Assembly: GCA_038496445.1 (NCBI GenBank)
Contig: JALMLS010000520.1
Span: 209,930 to 273,929 of the forward strand
DNA length: 64,000 nucleotides
Source of the DNA: Trichosphaerium sp. ATCC 40318
Lineage: Eukaryota; Protista; Tubulinea
Direction: 5' to 3'
Position numbers and translations under genes: made by a program. The notes under the pieces are model-generated. The model saw only the letters and a program-made list of their open reading frames with translations. It ran no database searches and had not been told where the DNA came from. Within the stretch, counting starts at the first letter, position 1. Each line of letters begins with the position of its first letter. Shown in pieces: positions 46,731 to 57,200 of the stretch.

Positions 46731-48044
46731 TTACAACAAATACATGCTCGCAAACAATAGAGTAATTGCAGCATGTGCGGCGTACTTTGTAGCACTGGAA
46801 GTAGGAACAGATGGCGTTACAGTTGTTGGTGCTGCAGTGGTTGGTGATTGAGTTGTTGGGGCTGCAGTTGGTGCTACTGTTGTTGGGGCTTGAGTAGTTG
46901 GTTCTGGAGTTGGAGCTGTAGTGGTTGGGGCTGGAGTTGCGCCAATAAAAAACCGAAACTCTGTGATATCCAAACCAGTGGAAACATTTGTTCCTGCAGT
47001 AAACTGTAGTGTTCTTATATCGTAAGAATATGTCCTGTCATCTTCACATACAAGTAGTAAAGTGAAATCAGACATTCGAGATAAACCTAAGACATTTATG
47101 TGAGCCACGAAAACGAAAAAAGAAAAATTCGAGAAAAACAACGGAAAATCTTGGTGGTTTACGAGTACCTTTAATTTGTTCACATGGAAGTGTAGTCGAA
47201 TTTTGGGTCATGCAAGGTTCACTGTTGTTAGAAGGAATATCAACAGCAACCATCAACCCATTACTTGCAGAAGCAGAGTACATAGTACTGTTTACAACAG
47301 CACCTACAATTAATGTAAGTTGTTTTTACGAAGAAAAAATCAAGTTTCTAAGTTTCGTACTGTAGGTCAAGCTAGGAGCAGAAGTTGTGATCATTGAGCA
47401 TGCGAGAGTAGCATTACATGTCATAGGGTCATAGATAAAAAGACCAGTAAAGGATGGTGTATCCGCTGACGATTCAGTTACCCAAAACTTATTTGTGTTT
47501 GGATCAAAGTTCATGTTAGTGTAAACTTGAGTGTCTGGGATAGTACAGTTTTTTATCTGTGTAAACAAGTTAGCACGTACATTATGGAACGATGCATTTG
47601 GTTTTGGAGCAAAACCAACTGTTCGACAGTGATTGTTTTTATTGTTGGCGAGTACGTACTGCAGTGCAGTTTCCTGGTTGGAAAGTCTGTACAATAGCAT
47701 CTCTACTACCGCCATTATCTCTCCAGAGCGTAACAAGGATATTGCCATCACGTAAGTCTTCAATAGTTGTAAACTGTCTGTCATCGGTTTCAAGAACGCA
47801 CACTTCGTTGTAGAGTTAGATAATAGACGATTTAAAAACGAGTACGCGGAGTAAACCAAAATATTTTGCTTTGTTTTTAAACACAAAACTTACCGTTAGA
47901 CTTGTTACCAGAGGTAAGATCTACTAATCCAAAGGATTGGTTGGTGCCTGAGAACAAACCTTCTCCGGCAACAAAGAGAGCGTTATCAAGCGATTGTGAT
48001 AGCGTAAGCGCGAACAGAGAAAATACAAGAAGAGTGGTACGCAT
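46731..48044 (-). CDS. Secreted/GPI-anchored surface protein with Thr/Pro/Ala-rich mucin-like stalk
   Basis: Signal peptide MRTTLLVFSLFALTLS; beta-rich Cys-containing body; APTTTAPTPEPTTQAPTT repeats; hydrophobic C-terminus SSATKYAAHAAITLLFASMYLL typical of a GPI signal. Confidence 0.8.
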
Positions 48045-48498
48045 TATGGACAATGAAATAAATGTTCTAAATTAGGAAAGCGACCAAACTGCGATTAAAG
48101 TCGAAAAGGCGGGAAAACATGGGTTTGTATGTAAACCACAACACTGAATAGATTACAATGTAGCTCACCTAAGTGTTTTCGCTCTTTGCGGAGCATCATC
48201 CGAAATTCCTTGCAAGTTGTTTAGCCAATACAAAAGAGAGGGATATTGAGGCGCGGAGCGTAAACAGAGAGTGAAGAGCCATTGGCGAAGCCTTAGCCGT
48301 ATGTTTTCGATTATTGCGGATCTTCTTTAGACAAGATAAACCACTATAGCCTGTAGTTCTGCAACGCCATGTGTGTACTCTATGAAGAGAACCACGTTAT
48401 GTCCACGTCACTAGGTTGAGAAAAGAGCATTAAAAGTTAGTATTTGTTCATTTAACGTGGGTAGTACACAAAACTGCTTTTGATACTGTTACAGCGGC

Positions 48499-49812
48499 AT
48501 GGAGAGCTTGTATCAGAACCCTAAAGCAAATCTAAAGGAAATAGTTGTGCTGGAGCCACATAACCCTGAACAATGGGTAAAAGCGTTTAAGGAAGCTATA
48601 AAAGGCGGAAGGCACTCAAACAAATACCTAGAGATGAGTGTTAACGGTTTTAAACATCAGATCTCCTATAGGCGCTATGCAGCGTATAATTTACTTTCAG
48701 ACGCGAAATATAGTTAAACGAGGTGCGTAGAAGCGTCGTTAAAGAAAGTGTCTTAATTTTGTCCTGAAAGGGTTCTATCTACTTCCCGATGGCACAAAAG
48801 TGGAGTTGAATACAAAAGAAATGGCATCACGGCTTTCAAACACTGTACAATACCAAAACGAGCTCATAAGGCTAAGAGAGCCATCAACGCTTCAGTTGAA
48901 GTCAGCTGGCGCTTCAATCAAAGTAATAGAGGTTAGGACATTCAGGAAACTGCTATTTAACAGAAACTTAGAGAGATTGTTTGGAAGTTGCTCTTGATTT
49001 AAAGCTTCAACAAAAAGCTAACCCAGTCGTACTTATACTTGCAAATAAAAAAACAGCAGGCGGTGGGGTTCTAGGTGGATCATCTGCTCAAGAGGAAAAC
49101 ATGTTCAGGTACCACAGCACTACATTCTTTTTTTATTCTCGTTTTTTTTTACCATTCTCACGTGATTAACAAATAGACGCACAAACTTACATCAACATCT
49201 TGCTGATCCCAAGGAGTATGCGAGTTTACGTAATTGGGCGTACCCTATTCCTGAAACAGGTGGTATGTATGCACCTAATGTAAGTGTTATTCGTGGTAGT
49301 CAAGATGATGGATATCCCTTCCTAGATAAACCAGAGCTGATGAGCTTCATAGCAGGTAAAACATATTGCCACAGAAAACTTTTTATTTAAACTTTTTTTT
49401 CCTCTGTATTTATATATTTATAGTACCTGCTATATCTAAGCCAAAGTGTAATACACCAACTGAAATGGGTGAATATGCAGCTGGATTGACTAAACAACGA
49501 ATGAAGTGCATTTTCAATATTGCAGTTGATCAGGTTCATCTCCTCTTGTCATTTACTTCTTTTATGTTTTTTTGATTTCTTAATTTTACATAGGGACATG
49601 ATGCTGTTATTCTGGGCGCTATGGGATGTGGTGCATACAGAAATCCTCCCGCTCATATAGCAAAGTTATTCAAAGAAGTCATTGAAGAAGGAGATTTTAA
49701 TAAGAAATTAAAATACATTTATTTTGCAATTATAGAAGACCATAGAAAAGGAGGAAAACATAACCCAGAAGGAAATGTTAAACCTTTTAAAGATGTTTTT
49801 GATAGTAAATAA
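48499..49812 (+). CDS. Microbial-type poly(ADP-ribose) glycohydrolase (DUF2263/TIGR02452 macrodomain)
   Basis: VVLILANKKTAGGGVLGGSSAQEENMFR|RTNL (GGG-x6-QEE signature), GGMYAPNVSVIR, VILGAMGCGAYRNPP..IAKLF, IYFAI. Confidence 0.92.
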
Positions 49813-50036
49813 TCATATTTTACTCATCGCTGTCTGCATTTTTTCTTTCAGCAAGTTTGAACTTCACCACGTTGCAATGTGAGATCTTGTGTCACGTGTC
49901 TACCTATTTCCTAGGATCCAATGTTGTGGTGTCTTATATGTTCAGGAACCCTTTTTCAGCTGCATTATTCGTTGCTTAAACTAGTCAAACTACTTTCGTT
50001 TTGAAAAAAATAACCAAGCATACTACCTTTCTCACA

Positions 50037-50873
50037 ATGACAACTAAACGCATTGCCACTGTTGATGATGTACCCATAGATGTGACAGACTTGTTTTCAA
50101 TACCTGTAGAGATAATTTTGAATATGATAGTTAGCAACAACCTCACGTGGCAAGACTTAGCTTCGTTACAACAATCAAACCATTTCCTGGACGAAATAAT
50201 ACGAAACAACTCAGATTATGTCTACAAGCATTTATACCATCAGAAATGGGGCACGGATGCTGATACAATTGAGTTAACTGCCCATACATTTTTCCGCAGT
50301 CCTACCAAGACAGAGCCAATCACGTGGAAGGAAAAGTACCGAAGTAAACTACTTCCAAACATCATAGCAGAGTTGAGTTGTGACAATACACACATTCATA
50401 AAGGAGAATCATCAACATTCAAACTCACACTTGAGAATATTGGTAAGAACCCAAAGGACATATTTTGTGGTTATGGACAAACACTTGAGGGCTGCAATAT
50501 CTTTGAGGGTGGCAACAAGATTTATATTTGGAAACCTCTAATACAAGGAGTGGACATGTTCAACAACTACAGATATGTTTATCCCGCGACTCTTATTGCC
50601 AAACAACTTATGATAACATTAAACCCAGGAAATAGACACACATGTTACATACCTCTTACTTTTGATACTATACGAGGAAGGTTTATAACCTATGGAGGCC
50701 AACAGCTACGTAAACTGGCTCTTAAGGGCAAGTTATCAGAAGTTTATATTGGTGATGATAGCTCTCCTGATGTGTTTCCTCTTCAAGTATTTGTTATGTT
50801 CCACTCTAAGCATTCTCTTGTTATAAGCAACGTTGTGAACCTTACCATGTATACTCACAATAGCTGCAAATAA
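50037..50873 (+). CDS. F-box protein with uncharacterised beta-rich C-terminal domain, intronless
   Basis: DLFSIPVEIILNMIV..LTWQDLASLQQSNHFL...VYKHLYHQKW...TWKEKY F-box pattern. Confidence 0.8.
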   Translation: MTTKRIATVDDVPIDVTDLFSIPVEIILNMIVSNNLTWQDLASLQQSNHFLDEIIRNNSDYVYKHLYHQKWGTDADTIELTAHTFFRSPTKTEPITWKEKYRSKLLPNIIAELSCDNTHIHKGESSTFKLTLENIGKNPKDIFCGYGQTLEGCNIFEGGNKIYIWKPLIQGVDMFNNYRYVYPATLIAKQLMITLNPGNRHTCYIPLTFDTIRGRFITYGGQQLRKLALKGKLSEVYIGDDSSPDVFPLQVFVMFHSKHSLVISNVVNLTMYTHNSCK

Positions 50874-51073
50874 ACCTCAAAAATACGTAACAACAGTTTT
50901 GTTTACCATCAACCCACATGGACTACATTACTTACACTCAAAAGCTTTTCTATCATGACCCACTTGCTCATACCGCACTTTTTACTGGCAATGGTTTGTT
51001 TACAACTACTTCCTTGATGATAGTTGAAGGGTAAATTGCACAGGCTGAATTCCACCGATATTTAAGAAGGCGT

Positions 51074-52513
51074 TTATTGTTGTCTTGTACCAATCTTACC
51101 GTTTACATTGTTGATTACAGTTCTCAACTTTGGTGAAACACCAGCACAACACACAAGTGTGACTTTCTTTCTGGGACCTTTCAATATCAGCTCTTTGATT
51201 CCTTGATTAGTTATCGTGCAACAACCTGTGAGATTAATCACGTGGCAGGCAGAAAGAGATTTAATACCAACGTCAGTAATACGAAAACAGTTCCTCAACA
51301 TTATTGTATGAACATGTTTTAGAGAAGACAGACCCTTATCAGTAACATTAGAGCAACTTATATCCAATGTATGAATACTAGAAAGATGAGGCAATAATGA
51401 ATCCATAACGCCAGTAGGTGTACAGTCGGATAGTATAGCCGTGTGCACATGACAAAGCAGTTTTAGACTTTTTTCCGTAACTTTGTAGCAACCTGACAAC
51501 GATATTGAGCTAAGCTTTGATGGCCTACACTCACCCACAAGAGCACGAATCCCTTCATCAGATACATGCGTACGGTTTAGAGATATAGTATGAACACCTG
51601 CTAATAATTTAATGCCATCATCTGTTACAGGCGTTGCGTTTAAGTGAATTTTGCTAACACCAGCAAGCGCAGCTATTCCGACATCAGTAACATCCGTATT
51701 CGAAAGATCAATCTCGAACACTCCTGCAAGGTTAACAATACTCGCATCGGTTACATATACACACCAAGACAGATTTAGTGTATGTACACCTGCAAATAGA
51801 TCTACCACTTCATCGTGAACTTGACAACAACCGCTAATATCAATACGTTTGGCTCCAGCTAACCACTTGATTCCCTCATCTGTGATCCGTTTGTGGTTCG
51901 ATAAAGAAACTTCATATGCTCCTTGTAAGTAACGAATACCAGCATCAGTAACATTAGGACAATTATACAAACTGACATAAGGTACATTGCGAAGAGCTTT
52001 GAGAGTATCGTCAGAATATTGTGATCCACCAATTTCGATTGAGATTAATTCATCAGCAATTGCTTCAATTCCAGCTGTTGTAACGTAATGGCAACCAACA
52101 ATACTCAAATTATGTACACCACGAAGGTTTCGTAGTCCGTTATCTGTGATCTTAAGGTACCAAAGTGATAAAGTGTGAACTCCTGTAAGTGCTTGGAAAG
52201 TAGAATCAGATACAGCAAGACAATTTAATATCTCGATCTTCTTTGCACCTGCAAGTTGTAGAATAGAATCATTTGTTAAACTTGAATGGCATTTTATAAT
52301 AGATTTACGTAAGATACATCCCCATTCGCGTACTTTGGTTGCTTGTTTGTAATCATATATCCACACCTTTTCAAAACCAATGAACTTATGAACAAGGTCA
52401 CGTAGAAAGTGACAGACCTCACATAACTTTGCTTTGGACTCTCCAGTAAAACCGCCAATATATGAAACCATTTCAACTGGTAGCGACAGTAGAGAAAGTT
52501 GTGATACCGACAT
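51074..52513 (-). CDS. F-box + LRR protein, intronless
   Basis: LLSLPVEMVSYIGGF F-box; many GVHTL/ITDEGIK LRRs over 479 aa. Confidence 0.9.
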   Translation of the reverse strand: MSVSQLSLLSLPVEMVSYIGGFTGESKAKLCEVCHFLRDLVHKFIGFEKVWIYDYKQATKVREWGCILRKSIIKCHSSLTNDSILQLAGAKKIEILNCLAVSDSTFQALTGVHTLSLWYLKITDNGLRNLRGVHNLSIVGCHYVTTAGIEAIADELISIEIGGSQYSDDTLKALRNVPYVSLYNCPNVTDAGIRYLQGAYEVSLSNHKRITDEGIKWLAGAKRIDISGCCQVHDEVVDLFAGVHTLNLSWCVYVTDASIVNLAGVFEIDLSNTDVTDVGIAALAGVSKIHLNATPVTDDGIKLLAGVHTISLNRTHVSDEGIRALVGECRPSKLSSISLSGCYKVTEKSLKLLCHVHTAILSDCTPTGVMDSLLPHLSSIHTLDISCSNVTDKGLSSLKHVHTIMLRNCFRITDVGIKSLSACHVINLTGCCTITNQGIKELILKGPRKKVTLVCCAGVSPKLRTVINNVNGKIGTRQQ

Positions 52514-53264
52514 GCTATTGCAAAGTTAAAAACAAAAAAGGAACATGCAGCGAAACGTTGCAACGGATAGGGCGTTGGTGTATGGCGTTTGGTTCAAATT
52601 TCAGGTACCTTATAGTCTTAAACTCAATAGATGTATAATACGTTGAAGCAGCAGAGTTAGTAGCACTACTTGCAGCAGTGGTTACGATACTAATTTAGTA
52701 ACCTGACTTATTGCAACTTAATCCAAAAAAGCATCCATATCTTGATATTAACGACATCTACAAATACACGGAACAAACTCATGCAACCAATATTAATAGA
52801 TCGTAAATTGAAACAAATTGTCCCGAAAACAAAGTGACATCCCAGATAACAGTCAGATTTTTTTAATGTTGCTATTTTTATTCTTGTTTACAAGGAGAAG
52901 GAGGTATTAGGAAAAATTACGCGGGTTCTCTTTCAAAATAAATGCACCCAATTACTGAACTGGAACAAGCGCTATAATGAAATGAAGGAGCATCACCCAC
53001 ATGAAAGAAGGGTCAAAATTGAGTATTTGTTGCTATAATTAATTAACATCAAAAGAACACCTAAGAGCAAAAACAATTAAAACAAATGTCAAAAAGGATT
53101 TTGGGCAAATCTAACTTTGAAATGGATTATAACTTGCGTCAGTCTCATCAACATACTCTGTAGAGTATAGATATTACAAAGAAGAGACTGACAGCAATAA
53201 TATAAGAAAACAAGCTGATTGTCGGTTTGTTGTTTTATTTGAAAAGGAAGCCGTCTTACGTACG

Positions 53265-54059
53265 TTAAGGTTTAATGGCGAAAGAAACGACAGTTACTAT
53301 AACAAACGCAAGTAGAAGGACGCAAATAATTATCCAAAGTACTTTTGTAGATGACTTGACGCGCACTTTATCTACTGTCCTTGTTGTATTACCAATACGC
53401 GTTTCTGTTCTATTTGACTTTGCGTAGATATCTAGGAACGAAAAATCAATCGTTTCGGTTTTTGACGCGATTAGAAGCCACTAGAAGTATTCCGTAGCGA
53501 AAATAAGACTTGTAAGCAAGAAAAACGCAAAAAACTTTCTTGACAGATTACACGCAATTTAGAAGGCAAACAGTATTAAGGGTTGGTTTTAGCAACGATA
53601 TATATAACTTTAAGATGTCATTGTTTACAAAAAAAAAAACAATTTGTTAGAACAGTGATCGCAAATTTCCAATTGGTACCTTGCACAAGTGCTGTAGACT
53701 CTTCGGCTTGTGTGCCAATACCAACGCCAATATCTTTTATTCTAAAACAATAAGTTTATAAACACTCTCGCACGCGTCAAACGATACAATGTATCGCATC
53801 CAGAGCGTTTTTTACTTACCTTGTGAGGGAGGCGTCCATATCATCGAGCATATTGTCTTGTTTCGCTAGGAGCGTCTTTTGATCGTCTAGTAGATCACGA
53901 TTGCTGTAATCTACGAGTGTTAATTTACAAAATTTTGATTAAACAATACAGCGCAAATACACGCGTTTACACTATCAACGCACCATTATAATTGGGAGGT
54001 GCAGTTGCTCCTGATCCCCAAGCGCGTCCACCGCCGTTCGAGGTACCGTAGTTGGCCAT
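53265..54059 (-). CDS. Small Qc-SNARE (Bet1/Sft1- or syntaxin-8-like) lacking Habc domain
   Basis: Spliced: ...LAKQDNMLDDMDASLT|RIKDIGVGIGTQAEESTALVQ|DIYAKSNRTETRIGNTTRTVDKV..STKVLWIIICVLLLAFVIVTVVSFAIKP*; SNARE heptads plus C-terminal TM anchor; 3 introns. Confidence 0.85.
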
Positions 54060-54238
54060 ACACAAGGTTGTTGAAGCACAATCACGAGTTTGTCAGCCGG
54101 CCGTTGAGCTTAATGTCATTTTGTGGTTAAGCTGTTTTGCTACGTAGGCGATTTTTTTTTGTCTCTTCAACCCCCAATAAACATACTGCACTCGTAGGGT
54201 GTTGTCGTTTAACGTTACATTTAACCAACTCTACGCAC

Positions 54239-57200
54239 ATGTCTGAGTGGCTGTTATTATTTGAGGCACGACACGCTCTATTGTTTACTGTACGTTACGT
54301 ATTTACTGTTTTCAACAGACAAAAAGCAATCGAGTCAAAGGCTTGAGTTTTCACCCTCACCGGCCTTGGATCTTGGCTAGTCTTCACAATGGTGTCATAC
54401 AGTTGTGGGACTATCGTATTAAGGCTTTAATTGAACAATTTGAGGAGCATGAGGGTGCGAGATTGGTTTTTTTCGCGATCAAAACTGATGACTTCAACAA
54501 CGCCTTCTAAGCATTTAACGATGTAGGTCCTGTGCGAGGCGTTTGTTTTCATCACTCCCAACCGCTGTTTGCCTCTGGTGGAGACGATTACAAAATAAAA
54601 GTGTGGAACTACAAGGAACGCACTTGTTTGTTCACTCTTTTGGGTCATATGGATTATATTCGCACCGTACAATTTCACCACGAATACCCTTGGATTTTAA
54701 GCGCTTCTGACGACCAAACATTACGTCTTTGGAATTGGCAGTCTAGACAGTGTCTATGCGTATTAACAGGTAGGAAACCACCAAAAGTTTTTTATTTTAC
54801 ACCACTATTTCCGCGTCGGCCTTTCCTTCGCTTCTTTACAGCCCTGTACGCTTAAATTACTTATAAATACCCCTTAGGACATAACCATTATGTCATGTGT
54901 GCAGCGTTTCATCCAACAGACGATCTTGTTGTATCAGCATCACTAGATCAGTCTATTCGCGTATGGGATATCAGCGGTACGTTTAGATTTAAAACAATCA
55001 ACATTTGAATATTTTTTTGGTGAACTTTCTTGCAACGTTGACAGGTTTCATCGCGTTTGTTTTACGTTTGAACAACACTGATGAACGCTTAGGTCTACGT
55101 AAAAAGAATATTTCTCCTATGGCTACTGAAGACTCCTTTTCAAACAAACTTCAACCTGATTTATTCGGTGGTACTACAGATGCTATTGTTAAATACGTTC
55201 TTGAAGGCCATGATCGCGGTGTCAACTGGTAATGTTTTTTTTGACTTTTTGTTCTTTTATTAATTAATAATGTTATTGCTTGTCTAATTGTACGACACCA
55301 GGGTTTCTTTCCATCCTACATTACCATTAATTATTTCTGGATCTGATGATAATCATATTAAATTATGGCGTATGAATGGTACGTTGTTAGCTATTGATAG
55401 AGTTTGTAATGTTTAATTTTTTTTGCATTTTGAGAAAAGTAATTGCATAATTTACTTACTGTTGTATAGATACAAAAGCTTGGGAAGTAGATACTCTACG
55501 TGGTCACTATAACAATGTTTCTTCTTGCATATTCCACCCAAGACAAGAAATTATCTTGAGTAACTCTGAAGATAGAGTACGTTTTTTGTTTCAAATTTAG
55601 ATCAAATTTATTCCTTTTTTGGGATTGTTTTTATGAAAATTAAGAGCTCTTAAACCGTGTACATCGCATTTTGATCGGTGATACAGCCTCCAAGGAGCTA
55701 TAGAAAATTTCCTCAGTCGTATCTTTCAATATGTATGCTCTTTTATGGCACATGTGTGATAATCGTCCGGATACATAAAATTTATTCAAGAAATCTTTTT
55801 TTTGTTTTTAGAAAAACTGATTAGTTTGCGCCTAATGCGCTTGTTCTATATCGTACGTGAACTGACATTTACTAAGACAATTCGTGTGTGGGATCTAGCA
55901 AAGCGTATTTCTATACATCAACCTTACAGACTCGAAAATGATAGATTCTGGATTCTTCAAGCTCACCCAAAACACAACTTATTCGCTGCTGGTCATGATA
56001 ATGGTATGATCATATTCAAATTGGAGAAAGAGCGTCCAGCGTATACTACCCATAATGATTCTCTTTACTACATCAAGGACCGTTACATAAGGTACGTGTT
56101 TTGTTTCTAAGCAATTTTTTTTGTACTGACATCACTACTTAGAATCTACGATTTTGAATCCGCTAGAGACATTCCTCTAGTATCTATTAGAGCATCTAAA
56201 ACGCCACGATGCGTGTCTTATAATCCAGCTGAACGAACTGTTATTCTAAGGTTAGTGACACCACAAAGAGCGGATTAAGCGCTTTGTTTAATTTACACTT
56301 TTTTTGATACGTGAAATTAATTTTTATCTAGTTACCCTGGCGATGGTCACTACGCTATTCATCAATTACCAAAAGATCAGAATGGTGGCGCTGGAGAACC
56401 ACAAAAAGGAGCTGGTTTAGCTGCCGTTTGGGTCGCTCGTAATCGATTTGTTGTATTGGATAAAACAGGCAAACTGTATATTAAAAATTTGAATAATGAG
56501 GTAACCAAAAAGTGTGATCCTCCACAACCAACAGATATGATCTTCCCAGCGCATACAGGTATGATGTCTTTTTATTGCTTTAAATTTTGGATAAAGTTTA
56601 TGAATAACCAATTCTTTTAAGGTTCTGTTCTTTTGCGTTCTGATGATAGAGTTACTTTGTTTGATGTTCAAAAACGTCAGTCACTCGGTGAATTAGTAGC
56701 GCCTAATGTCAAGTTCGTATTGTGGTCTAGTAACGATAAAAACGCAAAGGTTGCACTCTTGTGTAAAGACAGTACGTGTTTTTTCGTCTTGATTTTTTTT
56801 TTCTTTGATTTGATATTTTTCTCACTGATTTTTTCTTTAGCTGTCATTATTTCTAATAGAAAGATGGAGTCTCTTTGCGTTGTTCATGAGGTTATGAAAA
56901 TCAAGAGCGGTGTATGGGATTCTAGAGGCATTTTTATTTACAACACAAAGAGTCACATTAAGGTATTCTTTTTTGGATGAGCTTGCTTTCGGTCAGGTTA
57001 TTAACTTTTATTTAGTACTTGTTGCCTACAGGTGATAGAGGTATTATCCGTACACTTGATGTACCAATCTACATTACTGCTATCAAAGGAAACCGTGTAT
57101 TCTGCCTTGACAGAGACGTTAAGAACAGGTGCGCATAGTTTTTTATAATTATTTTTTGTTCTCGAATATTAAATGTTTATAAAGGTCTATTACAATCGAT

